Source: Promethearchaeota archaeon
GTDB taxonomy: Archaea > Asgardarchaeota > Lokiarchaeia > Sigyniarchaeales > SOKP01
Assembly: GCA_048938005.1 (NCBI GenBank)
Contig: JBHLMQ010000004.1
Location: 34,447 to 98,446, forward strand
Direction of reading: 5' to 3'
Length of the DNA: 64,000 nucleotides
The position numbers were made by a program, and so were the translations under genes. Under the pieces are notes generated by a model, which worked only from the letters and a program-made list of their open reading frames with translations, did no database searches and was not told the origin of the DNA. This document shows, piece after piece, positions 20,158 to 30,091 of the stretch. Position 1 is the stretch's first letter. The number at the start of each line of letters is the position of its first letter.

Positions 20158-20331
20158 TTGTTTTAAGAAAATATATGTTAGATTTAGATATTCATTAAAA
20201 TAGACATGTTTTATCTCATTAAACTAAAATTTTTATTTCGATATTTTTATTTTATATTATAAGTAATATTAATTTCTAAGGGATGTCTAATACAGAATAA
20301 ATAAATAGATAGACTAAAGAATTGGTCAAAA

Positions 20332-22257
20332 TTGGCGTATAAAGAGTTAAGATACATTATAGAAAATCTTCAAGAAAGAGCTAACGAGCAGGAACTAACC
20401 ATTAAAACTATTAATGGTGTGTTATTTGAAATTTTAGAGAAAAAACCTGCGCAGTTTGAAGAATTCAAAAAAAATATTAAACTAAAATGGAAATCATTTG
20501 TAGAAAAAAATCACAAACGAATAATTAAAAAAACATTTACATTATTTTTCTATGAAAATTTCCATGATCTACTTAGTTACTTTTTGGATATGTTTTTTGG
20601 TTTTAATGAAAATTCCTTGAAACTATCTAGTAAAGAAAAAATATCTGATAAGATAATATATCTTGAGTATAATTATCTCTTAAATCCAGAGGAAGAAGAA
20701 AGTTTTACAAGAATTTCTGACGAATTTCAAATTGAAATGTTATATGGATTTTCATTTCTTACGGGCTATCTCTATTATGTTGTTCGACTTTTAGGGATGG
20801 TTATTAGAAAAGCAATTCACGAAAAAATCTTCATTCTACTTGACGCTGTTATCGTCAAAGATGGAATTGCAAACAAAAACTTGAATTTTATGATTATAAT
20901 TAAAGATAGTAAAGATGACATCTTTTATTCCTATTATAATATGGTATTATATTATTTCTTAAGGCAAATTAAGGGTATTCCAGAACAATACTATGAGAAT
21001 TTATTAAAAGGAAGAGAAAAATTATATCAGATTGCTTTAGACGAATATTCATCTGCAAAAGATAGATTAGTTGATTTATTATATTATTTTTATAAAAAGT
21101 GCAATTTATTACAAAGCTTTTCCCCTTTATTAGATTTCTTTAATTTTGTTGGAGCTAGGGTAGAAGACTCTGTATTTTCTAAAGTTGATATTATCAAAAA
21201 GGGATTCCTAGCAAATTTGGATGAATATACTACTGAGAAAAAAAATTCAATTATCATATTCTTTAATTATCTTGATAAGAAATCAACTTTGTATTCAACA
21301 TTTCAAGCAAATAATCTACCATCTCCAAAATCACAATTAAATTTATTCCTTCTCTATATGAAATATTATTTTGGTAGTGGTCTTGAAGCATTGGAAGTCG
21401 GTGATGTATTATTTTTACCTGAAACTTTTAAAGCAACATTAAATCAATATAATAAAAGTGAAGAGGACGTAATTGGAGCAAATTCTATTAAAAATGTGAA
21501 AGATTTTTTGAATTTCTTGTCCGTGTTGTCAAATATTGAGAATATTGACCCATTTTTTCATAAAATATTTAAAAAAAACCTTTCTCAACTAAATTATGGC
21601 TTTTTTAAAACATTCTTGAAAAGTTTTAATACAAATTTTTCTCAGATAATAACTCAAGAAAATGAAATTCTTTCAGAAAATCCTGAGAATACCCCATTCA
21701 CATTTAACATTATTGTTGACCATATATGTAGAATTCTCTATGTGCTAATTGATAAAATATTTATGAGATCTTCTCCAGATGAAGCATCACAAAATTTCAT
21801 CGATCCACGTAGTCGATATATTGGCAAGAATATTGCTTTAAGAGTTTTAGAACTTTTTGTTTTTCAAGATATAAACTATTCTGACGACGTTTGGCCAGAT
21901 TATATTATTAGTTTAAACAGAGAACACCTTAAGAATGAATTGAATAACTTTAACATAAGCATTCCTAAGAAAAAATTCTATTCTATTGAAGAATTAATAC
22001 AAATAATGATAACTTACAATATTCAGTCTTTTACTGATCAGCCTTTTTTCGAAGAGTGGTTAATATATGAAATAATAATCCCGTTAAATAATTTAATTCA
22101 AGATATTCGTAAGTCTGTTGAGGATAAATCAAATGAAATTGAAGTATATGAAAAATTAAGCGAATATCTACTTTCAGGTATAAAAGATGAAGAAATTATA
22201 AAAGATTTTAAATTTTTATGCCAGCAATTTGCTCCATTTTGGAAAAATGTTAAATGA
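20332..22257 (+). CDS. Large helical hypothetical protein
   Basis: 641-aa ORF; no motif recognised. Confidence 0.75.
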   Translation: MAYKELRYIIENLQERANEQELTIKTINGVLFEILEKKPAQFEEFKKNIKLKWKSFVEKNHKRIIKKTFTLFFYENFHDLLSYFLDMFFGFNENSLKLSSKEKISDKIIYLEYNYLLNPEEEESFTRISDEFQIEMLYGFSFLTGYLYYVVRLLGMVIRKAIHEKIFILLDAVIVKDGIANKNLNFMIIIKDSKDDIFYSYYNMVLYYFLRQIKGIPEQYYENLLKGREKLYQIALDEYSSAKDRLVDLLYYFYKKCNLLQSFSPLLDFFNFVGARVEDSVFSKVDIIKKGFLANLDEYTTEKKNSIIIFFNYLDKKSTLYSTFQANNLPSPKSQLNLFLLYMKYYFGSGLEALEVGDVLFLPETFKATLNQYNKSEEDVIGANSIKNVKDFLNFLSVLSNIENIDPFFHKIFKKNLSQLNYGFFKTFLKSFNTNFSQIITQENEILSENPENTPFTFNIIVDHICRILYVLIDKIFMRSSPDEASQNFIDPRSRYIGKNIALRVLELFVFQDINYSDDVWPDYIISLNREHLKNELNNFNISIPKKKFYSIEELIQIMITYNIQSFTDQPFFEEWLIYEIIIPLNNLIQDIRKSVEDKSNEIEVYEKLSEYLLSGIKDEEIIKDFKFLCQQFAPFWKNVK

Positions 22258-22272
22258 ACATGATTTGAATAT

Positions 22273-22788
22273 TTAGGTAATTTTAAATATCTTTAAAAAT
22301 TTTAAAAAATCTCTTTCAATATCTATTATTGGTAAACTTAAGATTTCTTTTTTACCAAAATCTCTTAAACAGATTACTCCAGAGATCATTCTAACGTGTT
22401 CTGTCAATTGTTCTTCAACATCACCCATTTTTGATATGCATAATACTGTTGGGTTGTTTAAATTCCTAAAACCTTCTGTAAATATTACATCTATTTTGTG
22501 AGGGCCAGCATTAAGCCATTTTACAAGTATGTCTAATTTATTAATCGATGTTTTCATGAAAATAGCAGTTTCATTATTAACATTTTGAATCACGGAATAA
22601 GATGCTCCAACTTTCGTGAATTTATAAGAATCTTTTCCTTTCTTATCAACTGGGTGGTGCTTTACATTTTTTATTACTGCAATATTATAATTTAGATTTT
22701 TTTTTAGTAACGTTATAGCAGTTGTGATAAAATTCGTCTTTCCAGAACCAGAATATCCAATAACATCTATTATTTGAATAAAAATCAC
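22273..22788 (-). CDS. mobB: Molybdopterin-guanine dinucleotide biosynthesis protein B
   Basis: GYSGSGKT, DKKGKDSYKF, TEGFR. Confidence 0.85.
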   Translation of the reverse strand: MIFIQIIDVIGYSGSGKTNFITTAITLLKKNLNYNIAVIKNVKHHPVDKKGKDSYKFTKVGASYSVIQNVNNETAIFMKTSINKLDILVKWLNAGPHKIDVIFTEGFRNLNNPTVLCISKMGDVEEQLTEHVRMISGVICLRDFGKKEILSLPIIDIERDFLKFLKIFKIT

Positions 22789-22946
22789 ACCTGTTAATCT
22801 ATTGTTTTATTTCATTATATTCTATTTCATTTCGAATTCTTTTTCTATTTTTATTTTTTTTAATGAAAAAAAAATATATTATTTTGCTATTTAATATTTA
22901 TTTAAATAAGAATTTTCTAAAGAAATCAAAAAATCTTTGAAAATTA

Positions 22947-24938
22947 ATGTCAACGAAAAAAGAAAGGATTGTTTTTGACGCTAATTTCTTTATTTGCATG
23001 CTACAAATTAAAGCTCGTAATTTTTTAGATAATTTACATAAAGCAGCAGAGGATTTAGGGTATGAATACTACATCTCTCAAATTGTATTCAATGAAATCA
23101 AAGCTCCTCATACTTATATAAACAAACTGAAAAGTATTATAAATGTTGAAAAAGTTTTTCTTTATGAAATTGATGATATAAAAGATAATCTTGACCAATT
23201 TAATGTTAAATTTCCCGCTCAAGATCCTGATCTCTCACTTATTTGTATAGGAAAGAGATTATTGGACCAGAATGAAAAAATGCCTATTCACCTTGTAACA
23301 GATGACTTTAAACTAGCAAAAAATACAAATCTAATTTATAAAAGCAAAATTAACATCTTATCTCTTTCAAGCTTCCTTTTAAAAGTACAAAGAACAATTG
23401 CCAACTCTCAGATGAGGAAATATTTTAAAAATATTTGGAGGCGAAGCTTAAATTATACGTTGTCTTATATGATCGAACGCTCCAAAATCTATCCTGCCGA
23501 ACAAAAGATTACATGGTTGATTGAAAAAGCGATAGCTGTTACAGAAAACTCGATCTTAACTCAAGATATCGAGTTAGAGAACCCAGACGCTGGCGTTAAG
23601 TTTGAGATTGGTACTTCTAGATATACTGATGAACTTGATATTGCTGAGAAGTATATATCAAATCAAGCTCTCCCTCAGAGTGAAGAGGAAAAAATATTTG
23701 GGATTATAAAATTTCTTGAAAATTTAAAAATTTCAAGGGAGTATGTAATTCGGGCTCGGGAAGCTATAATTAAAAGTGAATCGAAAGATGCAGTAAAATT
23801 ATTAAAAAGGGGGAATGGTTTTTTAGTATCTTTACTTCAAGTTGCATCAGGACAATTAACGAATATAAAGGATTACGATATTGTAGAGCAGTTGATATGT
23901 TCTGAAATTAGTAAAATGGAATTTTTACGAGCATTTTTATTGGTTTCCCTTGGGCGCATTAATGCTGCAGTTGATTCACTTGAAAGGGCAGCATTATTCT
24001 CAGTTATTATTCATAATTATAAAACTTGTCTAACTCTGAATTATTTAAAGGCTTTAATATACTTATTTCATGGACTTTATAAAAGTGCAATTAGTCAGTA
24101 TAATTTTACTGAAGAACTAGCTGATATTTATGAAGATGATAAGCTGAGACTCAAATGTTTAATTGGTAAAGCTATAGCAATTTATATTCAAGGGGAAGAT
24201 CGTAATACAGCGATGAATATAATGGAAGAAATCTCAAATATTGATCTCGATGAAAACTTTCTTGATGCCATAGTAGTATTTAGCGAGCTTGGTGATTATT
24301 TCTTGGCATTAGGGCATTCTCAAATAGCAACAAATCTTTACAACCAAGCACTAGAAATCTCAATTGACTATAAATTATCATTTAAAAGTGAGACTTTAAT
24401 AGAAAAACTAAAAAGATCTTATATTGCAACAGTTTTAGATGGATATTCAGCAGAAGATATGGTTGATAAATTAGATCTTTTATTAGATAAAGCATATGAA
24501 ATTAAAGATGTTGAAACATATAATGAACAAATAAAGAAAATTTCAAGCTTTAATCTCTTGTTTTATACGCCATTTCCGTATATTACTGGTAAAAGGAAGT
24601 CCATTCCTTACTCAAAATTACCAAAGGAACTTCAAGATGATTATTTAGAAGTTGTATATTTCGAAAAATCAAAAGAAATTCAAAACCAAATTCTTTTTAT
24701 TGTTTCTCATTATGAATTAGGTTTACTCGGAATAAAGGTGAAAACGGATGAGAACATAACTGGTATTGCTGAAAATTACTCTCTTAAGATAAAACCTACA
24801 GCTAATGTAAAGATATATGAGCCTGACGAGGTTTTAAGAAATGAATTTTTAATTCGAGCTATTGTTGAAATAACTCAGAAAGATCAGGTTCAAATTAATT
24901 ATACACTCCCATCTTTCTTTAAACAATTGAATCTATGA
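22947..24938 (+). CDS. PIN-domain + TPR-repeat protein
   Basis: N-terminal VFDANFF...DPDLSL...VTDDFKL PIN acidic residues; central TPR-like helices. Confidence 0.78.
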   Translation: MSTKKERIVFDANFFICMLQIKARNFLDNLHKAAEDLGYEYYISQIVFNEIKAPHTYINKLKSIINVEKVFLYEIDDIKDNLDQFNVKFPAQDPDLSLICIGKRLLDQNEKMPIHLVTDDFKLAKNTNLIYKSKINILSLSSFLLKVQRTIANSQMRKYFKNIWRRSLNYTLSYMIERSKIYPAEQKITWLIEKAIAVTENSILTQDIELENPDAGVKFEIGTSRYTDELDIAEKYISNQALPQSEEEKIFGIIKFLENLKISREYVIRAREAIIKSESKDAVKLLKRGNGFLVSLLQVASGQLTNIKDYDIVEQLICSEISKMEFLRAFLLVSLGRINAAVDSLERAALFSVIIHNYKTCLTLNYLKALIYLFHGLYKSAISQYNFTEELADIYEDDKLRLKCLIGKAIAIYIQGEDRNTAMNIMEEISNIDLDENFLDAIVVFSELGDYFLALGHSQIATNLYNQALEISIDYKLSFKSETLIEKLKRSYIATVLDGYSAEDMVDKLDLLLDKAYEIKDVETYNEQIKKISSFNLLFYTPFPYITGKRKSIPYSKLPKELQDDYLEVVYFEKSKEIQNQILFIVSHYELGLLGIKVKTDENITGIAENYSLKIKPTANVKIYEPDEVLRNEFLIRAIVEITQKDQVQINYTLPSFFKQLNL

Positions 24939-24994
24939 CTTTTTTAGTATTAAATAATATAGAAAAGAAATTTTAGATATATAATTGATTTACT

Positions 24995-25267
24995 CTATTC
25001 TCTTCTTAAACTCTTATCTCGTTGACTGATCTGGTGACCATGAATAGCACAACTAATACAATAATATTTAGTTTTACTTGGAGCTTGAATTATAGTACCA
25101 GCTTTTTTCAATTCAGTATACATTCGACCATCAACAAGAGAAACTCTTTTTGTAACGGCTTTTGCTTTACTTCGAGCAACAAATCTTCCACATTTGCTGC
25201 ATTGCACTCTAGCATAATGTCCTTTACTAGAACCGCTTCTACCGCCACTTTTTCTTTTTTTTGGAAT
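24995..25267 (-). CDS. rps26e: Ribosomal protein S26e (probable ATT start)
   Basis: PKKRKSGGRS...CSKCGRFVARSKA...YCISCAIH. Confidence 0.92.
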   Translation of the reverse strand: MPKKRKSGGRSGSSKGHYARVQCSKCGRFVARSKAKAVTKRVSLVDGRMYTELKKAGTIIQAPSKTKYYCISCAIHGHQISQRDKSLRRE

Positions 25268-25414
25268 AAAAATCAGCTTTTTTTTAATTTTACTAATTAA
25301 TTTTAATATTTCTATAGAAAGTGAATTAGACAAAACTTAAAAAATTTATGCTTTCATTTAGATTATTGATAAAATTAGTAAATTTTAAAGTAAACTTTAA
25401 CAATTTAATTCTAA

Positions 25415-26137
25415 TCAATCTTTTCGGGCATCTACTTTACTTAAAGATTTAAAAGTAAATATTAAACGTTGAATTATTGTAATAATCAATAGTATTACAA
25501 AACCTAAAATGAAGAATAAAAAAAACCACGTTACTGGCGTTGATGTGATAAAGGGATTAAATACTAACCATCGTGTTCCCGTTATAAGGTCTGAAAAATG
25601 ATATATCCAGATTTCAATACTTAAAGCAACCATCAATATTATTAATCTTTCAGCCCGCTCCATGAAACCAATTCCTTTCATATCAATCCCTTCATTTTCT
25701 GCTCTTGCTCGAATATATGAAATCATTAAAATTAAAAATATTATAAAGTAACCTAATGTATAGTTGATAAAACCACCATATATCAATCCGAAGATCATTA
25801 TAGCATCTGAAAGCCTATCTAAGTTTGAATCTAAGAATGCACCAGTTTTAGTCATTTTGCCAGTTCTTCGAGCAACCTCACCATCAAAAACATCGAAACC
25901 TCCAGCCCAAAACATTAAAAAAGGTACAAGCCAAGCAAACCAGAAGAATTTGTAAATAACATTTATTGCGATTAAAAAAGCTGCTCCCAAAGAAAACAGG
26001 AAACCAATAAATGAAAGAATATTAGGAGTAAAATTATGTTTTATCAAAAAATTAACTGGACCATCTATAAACTTATTAATGAATTGTTTTTGATTAGCTC
26101 TTTTTTTATTAATTTGTTCGAGATCGCTCAAATTCAA
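25415..26137 (-). CDS. CDP-alcohol phosphatidyltransferase (archaetidylinositol-phosphate synthase-like)
   Basis: DVFDGEVAR...GAFLDSNLDRLSD signature, SYIRARAE, ERAER. Confidence 0.88.
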   Translation of the reverse strand: MNLSDLEQINKKRANQKQFINKFIDGPVNFLIKHNFTPNILSFIGFLFSLGAAFLIAINVIYKFFWFAWLVPFLMFWAGGFDVFDGEVARRTGKMTKTGAFLDSNLDRLSDAIMIFGLIYGGFINYTLGYFIIFLILMISYIRARAENEGIDMKGIGFMERAERLIILMVALSIEIWIYHFSDLITGTRWLVFNPFITSTPVTWFFLFFILGFVILLIITIIQRLIFTFKSLSKVDARKD

Positions 26138-26193
26138 TATGGCTTCTTTTAATATACTTATAAACTTAAAAGTACTTTATAATAAAAAATTTA

Positions 26194-26790
26194 TTATAAT
26201 GCTAATATGTATAATTTCAATAATCGAATAACTGAAGATGCTAAATATGATTGATTTCCAATACTTATAGCTGGAATTTTTAATGCTAATAATTCCTTTG
26301 AATTAAAATATTCATCTTCTTGGCTACCAACTATGAAAACAATATTTTCTTTCTCTTGAATACTACCTAAGAATTTGAAAAAATCTTGACCTTGCTCACA
26401 TAAAATATATAAATTATAATTCAATGTTTTAAAGTGCCTTATCGCTTCGAGAATGCTCATTTTTGAAACTTTGATTGAATTTAATAGATTAAGGTGGTGT
26501 TCTTCATCGGCACTATAGGTCTGAAGAAAATCAACAAAATAATCTGAAAATAGTAATTCATTTTTGGGAAAATCTTCATAATCTAAAAATTCTGGATTAA
26601 AAATAAACGTACCATAACGATCTAAAAATACCCAAATCTGAACACTTTTTTCGAAACTGTCTTCACCTAATATTACTGAAAGAATACATCGTGAAATTAC
26701 ATCTAATCGACCAGAAGAACCTGGTATATCCTTAATCGTATAGTTATCAACATCCACTGTTGCAGATTTAATGAAAAATACCAAATTCAT
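26194..26790 (-). CDS. trmY: tRNA (pseudouridine54-N1)-methyltransferase, SPOUT family
   Basis: DIPGSSGRLDVISRC, FPKNE, SIGNQSYLAS. Confidence 0.82.
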   Translation of the reverse strand: MNLVFFIKSATVDVDNYTIKDIPGSSGRLDVISRCILSVILGEDSFEKSVQIWVFLDRYGTFIFNPEFLDYEDFPKNELLFSDYFVDFLQTYSADEEHHLNLLNSIKVSKMSILEAIRHFKTLNYNLYILCEQGQDFFKFLGSIQEKENIVFIVGSQEDEYFNSKELLALKIPAISIGNQSYLASSVIRLLKLYILAL

Positions 26791-26903
26791 AAAAATTTTT
26801 TTATTAAAAAGTGTGAATAATTAACTTTTAAATTTATAAGAATAAAAATCTTATATTATCAAATAGATTTTTCCTAAAATAATTTGAAATATTTGTTGTT
26901 TGT

Positions 26904-27077
26904 ATGGATAATATTGATTTTACTAATTTTCTACTCTTACTGGCGAATTCAAGAAGAGCTTATCGAGAACTTGCTGAGATTTTTAATTTGAGTGTCAATT
27001 CTGTCCATAAACGTGTTAAATCAATGGTTGATCTTGGTGTCATTGAAAACTTTAATGTAAGACTAAATATTTTTTAA
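26904..27077 (+). pseudogene. Truncated Lrp/AsnC-type winged-HTH regulator (57 codons)
   Basis: Manual translation MDNIDF...ANSRRAYRELAEIFNLSVNSVHKRVKSMVDLGVIENF; stops before any effector domain. Confidence 0.7.
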
Positions 27078-27327
27078 AACTTACATTTATTTGGTTTAAA
27101 AGTAGTATTATTAAAATCTTAATTTTTTGAGGGTACTTTTTATCACCCAAGGGGGTGATATATTGCCCATTTAAGGTTATATTTTTTTCTTTTTTTCCCA
27201 CTACAGGATTGACGTCAATATTATAAGACATCTTAAACGTTTCTATCTCAAACAATGGACTACAAATTATTCAATAATATCTAATAAATAATTATAATTA
27301 ACAATAAAAAGGATGTAATTTAAAGAA

Positions 27328-28143
27328 ATGGTAACAAAATCAAAGAAATATGATTCTATGAGTCCTAAAGATATTTTAGATCCTGATAATGGTTATGCAA
27401 TAGAAGTTAAAGAATTAAAAAAATATTTCAAAGGTAAATATGAAACTGTTAAGGCTGTAGATGGCATTTCTTTCCAAGTAAAGCAAGGTGAACTATTTGG
27501 TTTCTTAGGGCCTAATGGCGCAGGTAAAACTACAACAATAAATATAATTAGTGGATTATTAAAACCAACCGAAGGAACTGCTATTGTAGGGGGATATGAT
27601 GTTTTAAAAAATCTTAATAAAGTTAAAGAGCTAATAGGAATTTGTCCCCAAGAACCGGCACTTTTTAAATTTCTCAATGCAAAAGAAAATATTGAACTTT
27701 TTGGAAATCTATACTCAATGCAAAAGGAACAACTAAAAGAACGTACTCAAAATCTTTTAAAAAAGCTTGATTTAATAGAAGCCAGCAAAAGAAAAACAAA
27801 AGGGTATAGTGGGGGAATGATCAGGCGTTTAAATTTGATAATTGCTTTAATCAATGATCCACAGATTGCCTTTCTTGATGAACCAACAGTTGGAATGGAT
27901 CCAAGAGCTCGTCGATCAACATGGGAATTTATTGGAGCTCTTAAAAACACGAATAAAACAATAATTCTAACAACTCATTATATAGAAGAAGCAGAAGCAT
28001 TATGCGATAGAGTTGCTATAATTGATTATGGAAAGCTGATCGAACTTGGATCACCTCAAGAGTTAATGAACAAATATGAAGTGGAGAATTTAGAAAAAGT
28101 ATTTATGAAAATAACAGGCAGAAGAATTATGGAGGGGATGTAA
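27328..28143 (+). CDS. ABC-2 (DrrA-like) ATP-binding protein
   Basis: GPNGAGKTT, YSGGM, LDEPT, TTHY. Confidence 0.93.
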   Translation: MVTKSKKYDSMSPKDILDPDNGYAIEVKELKKYFKGKYETVKAVDGISFQVKQGELFGFLGPNGAGKTTTINIISGLLKPTEGTAIVGGYDVLKNLNKVKELIGICPQEPALFKFLNAKENIELFGNLYSMQKEQLKERTQNLLKKLDLIEASKRKTKGYSGGMIRRLNLIIALINDPQIAFLDEPTVGMDPRARRSTWEFIGALKNTNKTIILTTHYIEEAEALCDRVAIIDYGKLIELGSPQELMNKYEVENLEKVFMKITGRRIMEGM

Positions 28144-28144
28144 A

Positions 28145-28885
28145 GTGCAAACACAAAGAATTGTAGCTCTTATAAAAATGGAACTTAAGAAGTTAATCAG
28201 AGAACCAGCTCATTTATTTTTAATGCTATTATTCCCAGCAGTTCTCACATTGACATTTGGATTAGCTTTTAGTGATCCCGCACTTGGTATGTCCTTTGAT
28301 TCAATGGTTCCTGGTCTATTTGCTTATGCTTGTATTTTCATCATAATGACAATAGCCCAATCTTTTACAGATGATCGAGCAGCAGGGCTTTTAAAAAGAA
28401 TGAATACAACCCCAATGACTTCGGGTGAATTTATGGGGAGTCATATAATATCCAATATGACAATTGCCACATTGCAAGTTTTAATAGTTTTTATACTATC
28501 TCTCTTAATGGGTTTTAATCCTAATACTAACCCTGCTGGAGTATTATTGGCATTTCTTATTATAGCATTGCTTTCCTTAAGTTCGGTTGGATTAGGACTT
28601 ATAACGGCTTCTATTGCAAAGAATTCTGGAACTGCTACTGGATTATCATTTATATTTATTCTTCCTCAGATGTTTTTTGGCACTTTTATTCCAATAACTA
28701 ATTCCACTCGACTAATAGCTATGTTTCTTCCAAGTTATTATGCGACAGATGCTTTAAAATCAATTTTTAATGGAGATTTCTTACTCAATGCAAATATTTT
28801 AATCGACTTTGCTTTCGTTTCTATAGTAAGTATAGTAATTGTAATAATTGGTATACAATTGTTCAAAAAATTCGGAAATAAGTAG
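28145..28885 (+). CDS. ABC-2 type permease
   Basis: Six TM segments, GLLKRMNTTP motif; adjacent ATPase. Confidence 0.9.
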   Translation: MQTQRIVALIKMELKKLIREPAHLFLMLLFPAVLTLTFGLAFSDPALGMSFDSMVPGLFAYACIFIIMTIAQSFTDDRAAGLLKRMNTTPMTSGEFMGSHIISNMTIATLQVLIVFILSLLMGFNPNTNPAGVLLAFLIIALLSLSSVGLGLITASIAKNSGTATGLSFIFILPQMFFGTFIPITNSTRLIAMFLPSYYATDALKSIFNGDFLLNANILIDFAFVSIVSIVIVIIGIQLFKKFGNK

Positions 28886-28942
28886 AGAAGTTAATAAGTT
28901 TTTAATCTTTTTTTTTTATTTTTAAGAATGTTCAAATATTTT

Positions 28943-29938
28943 TTATTGAGCAATATTTATTGAGCTCTTTTTCTTATAATAAATGATTAAGTAGAACGCG
29001 GAAGACATCAAAACAACAGACGCAACAATACCTAAAATTGCCGCTCCATATTCATTTGTAATCCAACTGAATAAAGGTACCCATGCAGATACTAAATTCT
29101 CTAACCAATGTTCACCATTTTGATCAATTAAAACTCTTTCAAGTCCATCTGGGTCATTTGAAAGAAAACCTATAGTAAATCCTACTGAAAGCATAAATAT
29201 TAATGCTCCTATAATTACAAATACTGAAATAATTGGTCTTTTATACTTTTTGATGTAGAATTCTTGTCTTTTACCCATTATTATTGATTCTGTTGCAATA
29301 AAATCTGGTTTTACTCTATATATATAGAATATAATTAAAGCAGAGATAATAGCTTCACCAATACCTATTAGAAGGTGCCAATAAACCATAGCAGGAATAG
29401 CAATTTCAATTGGAATTGCTCCAGCAATACTGATTTCAATCCCACAGATAAAAGATGCTAACACAATAGAGATATAAGCGCCAATACCTGTAGCGATTGT
29501 AAATTTCACTTCTTTCTTAAGAGATGTTTTATTTAAGATTTTTGTTATAAGTATTACTATATAAAATCCAACCATTCCACCAATTATTCCCATATTGAAA
29601 GTATTTGCTCCTAGAGCTAAAAGCCCTCCATCTCCGAATAAACTTTGCACAACCAAAACTAAAAAGAGAATAATAACCGATGCCCATGGACCTAATATAA
29701 CTGCGATTAGTGTTCCTCCAATTAAATGACCCGAAGTTCCTCCAGGGACGGGATAATTTACAAATTGAAAAGCAAAAATAACTGCAGCCAAAACTCCAAT
29801 ATATGGAATTAATTTATCAGAATCTTCTTTTTCAAAAACTTTTCCCATCTTAAAATATCCAAGAATCATAACAACTATGACTAAAAGCCAAAGGATAATT
29901 ATAGTAGCCGAATCTAATAAGCCATCTGGTATATGCAT
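28943..29938 (-). CDS. cbiM: ECF Co/Ni transporter S component CbiM/NikM with fused PDGLE (NikN-like) domain
   Basis: MHIPDG N-terminus, GGTSGH, GDGG, C-terminal PDGLE. Confidence 0.92.
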   Translation of the reverse strand: MHIPDGLLDSATIIILWLLVIVVMILGYFKMGKVFEKEDSDKLIPYIGVLAAVIFAFQFVNYPVPGGTSGHLIGGTLIAVILGPWASVIILFLVLVVQSLFGDGGLLALGANTFNMGIIGGMVGFYIVILITKILNKTSLKKEVKFTIATGIGAYISIVLASFICGIEISIAGAIPIEIAIPAMVYWHLLIGIGEAIISALIIFYIYRVKPDFIATESIIMGKRQEFYIKKYKRPIISVFVIIGALIFMLSVGFTIGFLSNDPDGLERVLIDQNGEHWLENLVSAWVPLFSWITNEYGAAILGIVASVVLMSSAFYLIIYYKKKSSINIAQ

Positions 29939-29966
29939 TTTTAAAATATAGTGGTTAATTTTAATT

Positions 29967-30026
29967 GTAATGAAGAATTAAAATGTTACTATATTATAAT
30001 TGAGTATGAAAAGATATAAGTATTAC
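29967..30026. promoter_or_regulatory. Two dyad sites with identical 11-nt spacers; candidate metalloregulator (NikR-like) operators
   Basis: GTAATG-N11-TGTTAC (29967-29989) and GTATGA-N11-TATTAC (30004-30026) in the divergent cbiM/cbiQO promoter region. Confidence 0.5.
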
Positions 30027-30091
30027 TTTTTTAAAAATAAATATGAATTATTTAAAATGGTTTTTTTAAACCTCTTACAGCTGAATAAATT

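Noticed and set aside
27052-27255. 67-aa minus-strand ORF
   Set aside because: No motif; it overlaps the truncated HTH gene and the promoter/hairpin region of the ABC operon.
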